DNA of 64,000 bases. Source: Mycolicibacterium sp. GTDB lineage: Bacteria > Actinomycetota > Actinomycetes > Mycobacteriales > Mycobacteriaceae. The position numbers were made by a program, and so were the translations under genes. This document shows positions 15,005 through 23,501 of this stretch, one piece after another (the first letter of the stretch is position 1; each line of letters opens with the position of its first letter). The stretch lies in assembly GCF_017853185.1 (NCBI RefSeq), contig NZ_JAFMJZ010000001.1, forward strand, positions 7,868 through 71,867. The letters are read 5' to 3'. The notes beneath the pieces were generated by a model. It had not been told where the DNA came from. It made no database searches and was given only the letters and a program-made list of their open reading frames with translations.

Positions 15005-17830
15005 CTACCAGGCCCACGTGTGCGTTCCGGTGACGTCGGTGAATGCGACGAAGCCGTCGGCAGTCGCGGAGGCGGTTGCGCCGTTGACCGCCGCGGTGCC
15101 GTTCCAGACTTCGACGCCGTCCAGGTAGATGACCCGGGTCGAACCCAGGGTCGGGACGGCGACGGTTCCCGACGTCCCGTCCGGCGCCTCGACGGTCAAG
15201 CGAAAGACGTTGTCGCCCAACTGCCACCGTGATCTGATCGTTCCCTGCGCGGTCGGTGTCTGACCCTGCGCCCAGGCGAGGCCCTGCGGGAAGGGCTTGA
15301 CCTGCCAGGTGCGGTAGGCGACGGACGACGGGGTGATGCCGACGACGTAGTCGGACAGCGATGAGGTCGCCCCGGTGCTCCACGCGTGTGAGGCTGAGTC
15401 ACCGAACAGATACCGCAGCTGGCTGGCGGACAGGTCTCCGTTGGGCAGGTTGATCCGCTCCCAGGTGGTGCCGGGGACGTTATCGGCCATGTAGCCCCAA
15501 GTGGCGAGCATCTGCTGCATCGCCAGATCGGGCCGCCCGGCAAGGTAATTCGACGGCAACGTGAAGCTGCCGATGTACGGGGAGACGATCTGCGGGTACC
15601 CGCTGATGCCCTCCTCTGCGGCACGCAAACCGTAGCCGGTACTCAGTGAATCCGACAGGGTCTGGACGATCTGCGCGGCCTGGCCGGCATCGGCGACACC
15701 GTAGAGCACCGCCCATGAGTTGGCGTCCTGCACAACGAAACCGCGCCGGTCCGTCGACGCGTCATAGGCTCCGAGATCCGGATTCCACAGGTTGACGTTG
15801 ATCGCCGTCTTCAGCGCGGCGGCCTGGTCGGCGTACTGCGCGGCGGAGGCCGTGTCACCGATGGCCTCCGCAAGCACCGCCGCACTGGTGAGGCTGTTGT
15901 ACTGAATCATGTTGGTGGAAGCCACTTGTCCCACCGCGCGGCCGACCACACTCCAGTCCAGACTGGCCATCTGCGGGACGTCGACCAGACCGGTCGCCGG
16001 ATTGATCAGCGAGTTGCCGTAGGTGACCGCGCGCTGCACCGCAGCCCAGTTGTCGCGAACGAATTCGGTGTCGCCGGTGATCTTGTAGTAGTTGCCCATG
16101 TTCTGCGCGAACGCCATCGAATAGCTCGCACCCCAGAATTCGCATCCCCCGCTGGACACGCCACTGCACACACCCGCCGCCGGCCCGGGATCGGACAGGG
16201 TCGTGGGTACGGCGAAGGGAAGGCTGAGGGGTTCCAGAACAAACGCCTTGACCGGGTTGTCGCTGATGATCTGCAGATTGTTGCGCAGCAGGGCGTCTCC
16301 CGCGGCGCCGAGCACGTCGTGTGCGGTCGCCCCCGCGCTGAGGAGGTCCCCGGCCCAGACTGCGCGGTCTCGTTTGGCAGCCTCCCCCAGGATGGACAGC
16401 GGGTATGGTCCTGCGAATCCCGGTGTGCCGGCGGGAATCTCGTCGAGGTTGACCGTGTAGGCCCCGGCGTACCAGATTCGGTTGATCTGGTCGGCGTTGG
16501 ACAGGAAGTTACCGGCGTACTCCTCCGGCGAGCGCAACGGCGCGGTCAGTTCGGTGGCGATGTTGGTCAGGGTGATGGTGCCCGGGAGATTCAGCACGAT
16601 CCGCTGGAAGCGGAAACCACCCTGCAGTTGACTGCCCTGATACGACCCGTTGCCGATGACCGGGACCATCTGGAAGGTGAGCGGATCGCCGGAGTTGGCC
16701 AGCAGTGCCGAACTGAACGCTCCGTCACCGATGGCGCTCAGGTTGTTCAGTGATTCGCTGTAGGAGGCCTGCAGAAGGTTCGGCGTCGCGCCGTAGTAGC
16801 TGAACCGGGTGTAGCCGCCGACGTCCTGGCCGTAGTCGAGGATCACCATCGGCGCCTGCGCGCCCAGACCGTAGGTGAGGGTGATCTCGCCGTTGTCGCC
16901 GATGGTGACGCCGTCGTTCTTGTAGTAGACGCTCACCGGCGACACTTGGCAGGGTTGTCCTGTTGAGCAGCCTTGCGGGGTGAGGACGTAGCGCTGCCAA
17001 TCGTTTTGGGCGGCAACCGGACTCGCCGACAGGGCCTGCGGGTCGCCGGTCAGCACCGGCGCCGGTTGAGTGGGTGCGACGTTGATCGCCACGCGCGCGG
17101 GCACCGAGCCGGTGTACGGCGTGGCCAGTCCGAGCAGCTGCAGGTTGTTGACGAGTTGCGGCCCGAGGACGGGGACGTAGGAGAGCATGTCGACGATGCC
17201 GTGGAAGGTGGGGAACTGGCCGGGTGTCTGATCACTGACCACGATGTTGAACTGATCGAAACCGCCGAGAGAGTTCATCGCCGAGGGCGCGGTGTAGCTG
17301 AAGTCGCCGGTGGCCTGGTCGACGTCCAGCGTCCCGCCATTCTGCGGGGCACCGATGTAGGTGTAGCGCAGGGTGTCCCCGTCGGCGTCGGCGGCGCCGA
17401 CGTTGCCGGTGATCACGGCCTGCCCTGTCACGCTGGTGGTCTGGCCGTAGATGACCGGCGTGATGGTGGGTGAGGAGTTGAAGAACTCCCGGCGCAGCGC
17501 GGCCAGGATCCCCCAGCCCGCCGCGGCTTCCGCAGGCCGGTTGGGCACTGCGTTGGCGGCCGCCCGCGCGGTGGCCACCGGGGGCACGGACGCCGCGGAA
17601 CGGGGTGGCCGAGGGGAAACCTTGCGCACCGTGGCCGCGGGCCTGGCCGCCGGCGCCCGGCCGGCAACCGGGCGCGGCTTGCCGGATGCACCCGGTGCAG
17701 TGGTCGCGCTGTCCGCCGACGCGGTCCCCGCCTGGCTTGCGGCCAGGGCCGCTCCGATTCCCAGAGCCACCGCCAACCCGCCGACCCGGCCGATATACCT
17801 GGAAGCCCCCATGTCGCTCCTTCCCACCAC
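15005..17830 (-). CDS. large secreted glycosidase: cadherin/VCBS-like segment plus GH78-like (alpha/alpha)6 domain
   Basis: N-terminal YIGRVGGLAVALGIGAA signal. GNVGAADADGDTLRYTY...DVDQATGDFSYTAP repeat-type segment. KRDRAVWAGD resembles the GH78 RDERLGWTGD motif. FWGASYS, DWS and VVQDANSW are six-hairpin-like. Confidence 0.6.
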   Translation of the reverse strand: MVGRSDMGASRYIGRVGGLAVALGIGAALAASQAGTASADSATTAPGASGKPRPVAGRAPAARPAATVRKVSPRPPRSAASVPPVATARAAANAVPNRPAEAAAGWGILAALRREFFNSSPTITPVIYGQTTSVTGQAVITGNVGAADADGDTLRYTYIGAPQNGGTLDVDQATGDFSYTAPSAMNSLGGFDQFNIVVSDQTPGQFPTFHGIVDMLSYVPVLGPQLVNNLQLLGLATPYTGSVPARVAINVAPTQPAPVLTGDPQALSASPVAAQNDWQRYVLTPQGCSTGQPCQVSPVSVYYKNDGVTIGDNGEITLTYGLGAQAPMVILDYGQDVGGYTRFSYYGATPNLLQASYSESLNNLSAIGDGAFSSALLANSGDPLTFQMVPVIGNGSYQGSQLQGGFRFQRIVLNLPGTITLTNIATELTAPLRSPEEYAGNFLSNADQINRIWYAGAYTVNLDEIPAGTPGFAGPYPLSILGEAAKRDRAVWAGDLLSAGATAHDVLGAAGDALLRNNLQIISDNPVKAFVLEPLSLPFAVPTTLSDPGPAAGVCSGVSSGGCEFWGASYSMAFAQNMGNYYKITGDTEFVRDNWAAVQRAVTYGNSLINPATGLVDVPQMASLDWSVVGRAVGQVASTNMIQYNSLTSAAVLAEAIGDTASAAQYADQAAALKTAINVNLWNPDLGAYDASTDRRGFVVQDANSWAVLYGVADAGQAAQIVQTLSDSLSTGYGLRAAEEGISGYPQIVSPYIGSFTLPSNYLAGRPDLAMQQMLATWGYMADNVPGTTWERINLPNGDLSASQLRYLFGDSASHAWSTGATSSLSDYVVGITPSSVAYRTWQVKPFPQGLAWAQGQTPTAQGTIRSRWQLGDNVFRLTVEAPDGTSGTVAVPTLGSTRVIYLDGVEVWNGTAAVNGATASATADGFVAFTDVTGTHTWAW

Positions 17831-17874
17831 CGTGTCGTGAAACTACGACACGGATAGCCGGTTTCGGAGCGGTT

Positions 17875-18234
17875 TCAGCTACAGCAGTTCGGGTCCAATG
17901 CGGCGCACAGCGCCTGCAGGGCCTCGGGCCGGATCCGGTGGAAGACGTTCATGCCGCGCCGCTCCGAGACGACCAGTCCGGCCTTGCGGAGTTGAGTCAG
18001 GTGGTGGCTGACCGTCGCGTCGGTCAGCTTGAGCACTGACGCCAGTTCACCGGAGGCCTGCTCACCGGACTTCGAACTGAACAGATACGACACGATCTTC
18101 ACCCGGACCGGGTCGGCGAGCGCCTTGAGTCGCACCGCGATCTGCAGAGCGTCGTCGTCGTTCATCGGCCCTGCGGCCACCGGGGCGCAACACACGGGTG
18201 CGGTGGTGTCGATCACCGGCAATGCTTTGGGCAT
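17875..18234 (-). CDS. arsR: ArsR/SmtB-family metalloregulator
   Basis: Internal ATG 18234. CCAP metal-site Cys pair, the LADPVRVKIVSYL...ELASVLKLTDATVSHHLTQLRKAGLV wHTH region, and C-terminal CC. Confidence 0.9.
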   Translation of the reverse strand: MPKALPVIDTTAPVCCAPVAAGPMNDDDALQIAVRLKALADPVRVKIVSYLFSSKSGEQASGELASVLKLTDATVSHHLTQLRKAGLVVSERRGMNVFHRIRPEALQALCAALDPNCCS

Positions 18235-18255
18235 GACTCCACTCTGCCATGCATA

Positions 18256-18310
18256 TTGACATATATCAAAAAGGTGGCATGCTGGCGTCGTCGGTAGTTC
18301 GATATATGTC
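18256..18310. promoter_or_regulatory. candidate ArsR operator pair in divergent promoter
   Basis: gacatatatc (18258-18267) and its exact reverse complement gatatatgtc (18301-18310). The first lies inside the near-palindrome TTGACATATATCAA. Sharply AT-rich relative to the surroundings. Confidence 0.55.
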
Positions 18311-18333
18311 TTACTTTCTCCAGGGAGGCCCCC

Positions 18334-18771
18334 ATGTCCCGTGTGCAACTCGCGCTCAACGTCGATGACCTCGACACCGCGATCGCGTTCTACTCGAAGC
18401 TGTTCGGAACCGAACCTGCGAAGGTCAAGCCCGGCTACGCCAACTTCGCCATCGCCGAGCCGGCCCTGAAGCTGGTGCTGCTGGAGAACCCCGGCCAGGG
18501 CGGCACCCTCAACCATCTCGGGGTCGAGGTGGAGTCCAGCGAGAAGGTGCACGCCGAGATCGCCCGGCTGACCGAGGAGAAGCTGTTCACCGAGGAGGAG
18601 ATCGGCACGACGTGCTGCTTCGCCACCCAGGACAAGGTGTGGGTGACCGCCCCAGACGGAGAGCGCTGGGAGGTCTACACGGTGCTGTCCGATTCGGAGA
18701 CGTTCTTCGGGACCGGCTCCGGAACGATCCCGGTCGAGCCCGTAGCCGCTCAGGGCGGGTGCTGCGGCTGA
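18334..18771 (+). CDS. ArsI/CadI-family glyoxalase-fold protein (possible C-As lyase)
   Basis: GGGAGG lies 5 nt upstream of the ATG. Vicinal Cys pair TTCCFATQDKVW as in ArsI/CadI. NHLGVEVES and ERWEVY could be metal ligands. Confidence 0.85.
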   Translation: MSRVQLALNVDDLDTAIAFYSKLFGTEPAKVKPGYANFAIAEPALKLVLLENPGQGGTLNHLGVEVESSEKVHAEIARLTEEKLFTEEEIGTTCCFATQDKVWVTAPDGERWEVYTVLSDSETFFGTGSGTIPVEPVAAQGGCCG

Positions 18772-19829
18772 TGACCGACACCACACAGGACGAAACACAC
18801 GTCGCAGCAAGGCTTTCCACCCTCGACCGGCTACTGCCGGTATGGATCGGCGCCGCGATGGCACTGGGGTTGCTGCTCGGCCGGCTGATCCCCGGACTGG
18901 GCAGCGCCATCAGCGCGGTGCAGGTTGACGGCGTCTCGCTGCCCATCGCCCTGGGTCTGCTGGTGATGATGTACCCGGTGCTGGCGAAGGTCCGCTACGA
19001 CCGCCTGGAAACCGTCACCGGTGACCGCAAGATACTGCTGGCGTCGTTGTTCCTGGTGTGGATCGTCGGTCCGGCGCTGATGTTCACACTGGCCTGGCTG
19101 TTCCTGCCGGATCTGCCCGCATACCGCACCGGCATCATCATCGTCGGCCTCGCGCCGTGCATCGCCATGGTGATCATCTGGAACGACCTGGCCCGCGGCG
19201 ATCGCGAGGCCGCCGCGGTGCTGGTAGCGATCAACTCGGTGATCCAGGTGCTGATCTTCGCGGTGCTGGGCTGGTTCTACCTGTCGGTGCTACCGGGCTG
19301 GCTCGGCATGAACCAGACTGCGATCGCCGCCTCGACATGGCAGATCGCCAAGTCGGTGCTGATCTTCCTGGGCATCCCGCTGGTGGCCGGTTACCTGACC
19401 CGTCGCTACGGCGAAAGGGCAAGGGGCAGAGAGTGGTACGAGCAGACTTTCCTGCCGAGGATCGGCCCGTGGGCGCTGTACGGTTTGCTGTTCACCATCG
19501 TGATCCTCTTCGCACTGCAGGGCGACCAGATCACCTCGCGGCCGCTGGACGTGGTGCGTATCGCCGCTCCGTTGCTCGCCTATTTCGCGATCATGTGGAC
19601 CAGCGGCTTCCTGCTGGGTGCGGCGCTGAAATTGGGCTACCCGCGCACCACCACACTGGCCTTCACCGCGGCGGGCAACAACTTCGAACTCGCCATCGCC
19701 GTCGCGATCGCAACCTTCGGGGCGACCTCGGGTCAGGCGCTGGCCGGCGTGGTCGGCCCGCTCATCGAAGTGCCCGTCCTGGTCGGACTGGTGTACGTCT
19801 CACTCGCGCTGAGGAAGTACTTCCGATGA
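18771..19829 (+). CDS. acr3: ACR3-family arsenite efflux transporter
   Basis: The ATG overlaps the upstream stop (TGATG). LSTLDRLLPVWI N-terminus and GLAPCIAMVIIWN are characteristic of ACR3. Confidence 0.9.
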   Translation: MTDTTQDETHVAARLSTLDRLLPVWIGAAMALGLLLGRLIPGLGSAISAVQVDGVSLPIALGLLVMMYPVLAKVRYDRLETVTGDRKILLASLFLVWIVGPALMFTLAWLFLPDLPAYRTGIIIVGLAPCIAMVIIWNDLARGDREAAAVLVAINSVIQVLIFAVLGWFYLSVLPGWLGMNQTAIAASTWQIAKSVLIFLGIPLVAGYLTRRYGERARGREWYEQTFLPRIGPWALYGLLFTIVILFALQGDQITSRPLDVVRIAAPLLAYFAIMWTSGFLLGAALKLGYPRTTTLAFTAAGNNFELAIAVAIATFGATSGQALAGVVGPLIEVPVLVGLVYVSLALRKYFR

Positions 19830-20245
19830 CACCGGCTCCGATCACGGGGACCCCCAGCGTGCTGTTCGTCTGCGTGCACAACGCCGGCCGGTCCCAGATG
19901 GCGGCCGGACTGCTGCAGCATCTGGCCGGTGACCGCATCGAGGTTCGGTCGGCGGGTACCCAACCCGCCGACCGGATCAACCCGGCGGCCGTGGCGGCGA
20001 TGAACGAGATCGGCATCGACATCACGGCGGCCACGCCCAAGGTGCTCACCGGTACGGCCGTCGAGTCCAGCGACGTGGTGATCACCATGGGCTGCGGTGA
20101 CACCTGCCCCTACTTCCCGGGGGTCTCCTATCGCGACTGGAAACTCGACGATCCGGCCGGCCAACCGATCGAGGTGGTCCGCCGGATCCGCGACGACATC
20201 GCCGGCCTCGTGCGCGCGCTGATCGAGGAGTTGGCACCGCAGTGA
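19826..20245 (+). CDS. arsC: arsenate reductase, LMW-PTP type
   Basis: ATGA overlap with acr3. CVHNAGRS P-loop and GCGDTCP. Confidence 0.9.
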   Translation: MTPAPITGTPSVLFVCVHNAGRSQMAAGLLQHLAGDRIEVRSAGTQPADRINPAAVAAMNEIGIDITAATPKVLTGTAVESSDVVITMGCGDTCPYFPGVSYRDWKLDDPAGQPIEVVRRIRDDIAGLVRALIEELAPQ

Positions 20246-21198
20246 GGACGGCGGTCCCCGCGCAGGCGCCCTCGGTGTGGACGCGGGGCGACTTCCCCGA
20301 GGAGTCGAACTGGTCCTTCGACTTCTCGGAGGCCGACCGGCAGGCGCTGATCGGCTACGCCCGCGGCGGCGACATCGCACCGTTGGCCGAGCAGTTGAGC
20401 ACCGCGGCGCGGAACTGGACTGAGATCCTCACCCGAGGTGCGGGCTTCGTGCGGCTGCGCCGGTTTCCGATCGACGAACTCTCCGACGCGGAGATCGAAC
20501 GGGCCTTCCTTGCACTGGGCCGGATGCTGGGCGATCCCGTCGGACAGGACCGGGACGCCAACATCCTGACCCATATCCGCGACGAGCGTCTGGCACCCGG
20601 GCCGGGCGTGCGCAAGTACCGCACCAACCTCCGGCAGGACTTCCACTCCGACGGCGCCGATCTGGTCGGATTGCTGTGCCTGCACCCGGCCCGATCCGGC
20701 GGCGAATCGAGAATCGTCAGCGCACACGCCGTGTACAACGAGATGCTCACCCGGGCAGAGCATCTCGTCGATGTGATGTACCAGCCGATGCCCTGGGACC
20801 GCAACGAGGAGCAGAGCCCCGGTGAAACGCCGTTCTTCGAGTTGCCGCCCATCATGGACATCGACGGCACGCCACGGCTGTTCTTCATCGCCTGGTACAT
20901 CCGCGACTCACAGCGTCACACCGGCGCTCCCCGACTGACCGACGATCAGCGGGCGGCCCTCGACCTCGTCGAAACCATCGCCAACGATCCGGCCTTCCAC
21001 ATCGAGATGGTCTTCGAACCCGGCGACGTCCAACTGCTCAACAACACCACGGTGCTGCATTCACGCGAGGGCTACCTCGACGACGAGGATCCCGCGGCCC
21101 GGCGTCACCTGCTTCGGCTCTGGCTCAAGACCACCATGCCCACCACGCAGGAACTCCTGCGCGGCGGAATCCCCAAGCAGCACAAGGAATCCGGCTAG
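20242..21198 (+). CDS. TauD/TfdA-family Fe(II)/2-oxoglutarate dioxygenase
   Basis: GTGA overlap with arsC. FHSDG (HxD), distal His in TVLHSR, and RHLLRLWL Arg. Confidence 0.8.
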   Translation: MRTAVPAQAPSVWTRGDFPEESNWSFDFSEADRQALIGYARGGDIAPLAEQLSTAARNWTEILTRGAGFVRLRRFPIDELSDAEIERAFLALGRMLGDPVGQDRDANILTHIRDERLAPGPGVRKYRTNLRQDFHSDGADLVGLLCLHPARSGGESRIVSAHAVYNEMLTRAEHLVDVMYQPMPWDRNEEQSPGETPFFELPPIMDIDGTPRLFFIAWYIRDSQRHTGAPRLTDDQRAALDLVETIANDPAFHIEMVFEPGDVQLLNNTTVLHSREGYLDDEDPAARRHLLRLWLKTTMPTTQELLRGGIPKQHKESG

Positions 21199-21252
21199 AT
21201 CCCCGTCCGGCTCTCGATCACCGTCCGGCCCCTTATCACCGTCCGGCGTTGT
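21199..21252. repeat. 18-bp x3 tandem repeat spanning the GH6 stop codon
   Basis: atccccgtccggctctcg / atcaccgtccggcccctt / atcaccgtccggcgttgt. It fills the whole gap between the convergent TauD-like and GH6 genes. Confidence 0.9.
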
Positions 21253-22273
21253 GCACCAGTTCGACGGCGTAGCTGTTGACGAAGGCTCCGGCGTACGGTT
21301 CCCCGCGATCACACGATCCGTCGGACTCCCCGGGCCGCTTGACCCAGAGGTAGGCATCGGCATGCGCGCCGGCGGTGTTGGTGGTGGGCGCGGAACCCAG
21401 GGCCCGTCCGCTGGGGTTGCACCAGTTCAGTGGGCTCTCCGGTGCCGGGCCGGCGCCGTTGCGCCCGGTGTCGATCACGTAGTGCGCCCCGCCCGTCAGC
21501 GCGGAGACGGCTTCGCCGTAACCGATCTCCTCGGCGGTGGTGTAGAAGTTCGAGGTGTTCAGGCTGAAGCCGCGAGCCTTGCTGACACCCACCTGGTTGA
21601 GACGATTGGCGATCTCCTCGGCGGGCAGCCAGCGGGAGTGCCCGCCGTCGATGTAGAGAGCGACGGCCGGGTTTGCGGTGAGGGTGTCGACGGCGTACCG
21701 GATCAGCCCGAAGCGCTCCTGGCGCTGATCCGCCGAGAGGCAGTCGGCCATGTCCAGGGCATCGGGTTCCAGGATGATCGCGGCGGGCATCGAGCCCAGG
21801 CCCGCGGCGATCGCGTCGATCCACTGCTTGTAGCCGGCCGCCGAAGCGAACCCGCCGGCGGCGAAGCTGCCGCAGTCCCGGTGCGGGATCGCGTACAGCG
21901 CGAACACCGGCATGGAACCCGCCGCCTGAGCCGCACCGGCGACGCGGGCGACCGTGCTGGTCGCCCGGCCGGCTGGGAATGCCTCGTCGAGCCAGTAGGC
22001 CGCCGGGGTGTTGGCGATCGCGGCGAGCTCGGGATTGCCCTTGGCGGCGCGCACGGCGGCCGAGATGGGATCGACGTAGAACGGCTTTCCCGCCAGCGGG
22101 TTGGACTCGTCGACCAGGCGCACGGCCGGCGACGCGACGTTGGGGAGGCCGGGGTGCAGGCCGGCGCCGACGACCGACGCGACCGCCAGGATCGGGGTGG
22201 CCCACCGTGCGAGTGCGCTGAAAGCGGAGGAAATCACTCCCAGAAAATAGTTCGGCCCGTCATCAACCGCCAA
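21236..22273 (-). CDS. glycoside hydrolase family 6 (cellulase/CelA1-like)
   Basis: ALYAIPHRDCG, ILEPDAL and YLWVKRPGESDGSC are GH6 signatures. The start is uncertain: TTG 22273 or GTG 22237. Confidence 0.85.
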   Translation of the reverse strand: MAVDDGPNYFLGVISSAFSALARWATPILAVASVVGAGLHPGLPNVASPAVRLVDESNPLAGKPFYVDPISAAVRAAKGNPELAAIANTPAAYWLDEAFPAGRATSTVARVAGAAQAAGSMPVFALYAIPHRDCGSFAAGGFASAAGYKQWIDAIAAGLGSMPAAIILEPDALDMADCLSADQRQERFGLIRYAVDTLTANPAVALYIDGGHSRWLPAEEIANRLNQVGVSKARGFSLNTSNFYTTAEEIGYGEAVSALTGGAHYVIDTGRNGAGPAPESPLNWCNPSGRALGSAPTTNTAGAHADAYLWVKRPGESDGSCDRGEPYAGAFVNSYAVELVHNAGR

Positions 22274-22288
22274 TCATTGGCGAAAGTC

Positions 22289-22333
22289 GGGATCGGCCTC
22301 CCAGGGATCGACCTCCCCGGGATCAGCCCCAGG
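22289..22333. repeat. 15-bp x3 tandem repeat spanning the stop of the upstream gene
   Basis: gggatcggcctccca / gggatcgacctcccc / gggatcagccccagg. It lies between gene 22323..22853 and the GH6 start. Confidence 0.9.
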
Positions 22334-22853
22334 CCGAGATCCGCCCGGTTTCCGCATCCAGGCGGACCGGGACGGCGTTCTCCACGGTCGGGGGGGCCGA
22401 CATGGGCTCGTCGGGGTTGCGCTCAAGGAACCGGTAGACGAACTGGCCGTTGGTGAAGTCGATGCCCTCCGGCTTGATGCGGTCGCCCAACGGGAGCGTG
22501 TTGGTGGCCCGCCACGACTTGCCCTCGTTGACGGCCAGCACCGCGTAATAGAAGGTGCCGCTGCCGCCGGGGTCATCGGCGAGCAGCAATGCGGCTTCGG
22601 GCTTGCCGTCGCCGTCGACGTCGCCGCTCACGCCCTCGCCCACGACCCGAACCGTCTCCGTGCTGCCGGGTGCGATCTCCTTCTCCGCGATCCCGTCGAC
22701 CAGGGTGAAACTCTGCTCACCGATGGTGACGACGAGATTCTTCGCCGGCGGCGGTTGGGTCTGCACGTCACCGCGTCGGATGACGGCGAAAGCCACGCCC
22801 AGTGCCACGGCCGCCGCGATGAGCGCCGCGACGACGAGAACCGGCTTCCTCAT
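22323..22853 (-). CDS. membrane-anchored protein with FG-GAP-like DVDGDGKPE motif
   Basis: N-terminal TM segment MRKPVLVVAALIAAAVALGVAFAVI. ATGA overlap with the upstream gene. Confidence 0.6.
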   Translation of the reverse strand: MRKPVLVVAALIAAAVALGVAFAVIRRGDVQTQPPPAKNLVVTIGEQSFTLVDGIAEKEIAPGSTETVRVVGEGVSGDVDGDGKPEAALLLADDPGGSGTFYYAVLAVNEGKSWRATNTLPLGDRIKPEGIDFTNGQFVYRFLERNPDEPMSAPPTVENAVPVRLDAETGRISAWG

Positions 22854-23440
22854 GACGCCGGGGGCATAACTGGGACGGTGGTCACCGGGGCCGCCGGTTT
22901 TCCGTATTGATAACCGGGCGGCGGGGGGCCGTCGATCGAGTAGTAGCCGGGCGGCAGCGCCGGTCGCCCGGTGGCGGGCCCGCCGGCGGGGGTCGTCGAG
23001 GCGGTTTCAGAACCCGGCGCGTTGATCGAGACATATCCCGGCGGCAACGCCGGCGCCGGGCCGGCCCCGGGCGGCGGTGTCGGCCGTCCGGTGTCGGCGG
23101 AACCGTCGAGGGTCGGGTTCTTCACCTGGTCCCACAGATCCATGAGCGTGCCGAAGACGCCGCCGCCGTTGTTGCCGGATCCGTACGTCTGGTTCTGGAC
23201 CGGCGGCACGTACGGCTGGAACGGACTCGCCGGCGCCGGCGCCGCCACCGGGTCACCGGCCGGAACCACGGGCTGGTTCGGGGTCATCGGGTTGGGTGGC
23301 GCAGGAACCGGGGCGATGGTCGTCGGCGTCACCGGATCCGCCGGGTCGGCCGGTGCCGGTGCCGCCCACGCCAATGCGGCAGCGATCGTCGCACCCGCGA
23401 TAGCCCCAGAGATGGGCACTGTGCGGTGGTGTCGTCTCAT
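22850..23440 (-). CDS. secreted proline-rich protein
   Basis: ATG 23440 is preceded by AAGGGAGGA. Signal MRRHHRTVPISGAIAGATIAAALAWAAPAPA. Pro-rich body (PPGY repeats). Confidence 0.6.
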   Translation of the reverse strand: MRRHHRTVPISGAIAGATIAAALAWAAPAPADPADPVTPTTIAPVPAPPNPMTPNQPVVPAGDPVAAPAPASPFQPYVPPVQNQTYGSGNNGGGVFGTLMDLWDQVKNPTLDGSADTGRPTPPPGAGPAPALPPGYVSINAPGSETASTTPAGGPATGRPALPPGYYSIDGPPPPGYQYGKPAAPVTTVPVMPPAS

Positions 23441-23501
23441 GAGTCCAGCGGTCCTCCCTTTGCTGGCATCGTCGCACAACACCAGTCCGGCGTTACCTTC
23501 G

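Noticed and set aside
21199-22333. Possible CRISPR-like array, suggested by the short repeats on either side of the GH6 gene.
   Set aside because: The units are directly adjacent (no spacers), there are only three copies each, the two repeat sets differ in sequence, and no cas genes are present. They are tandem minisatellites, not CRISPR.
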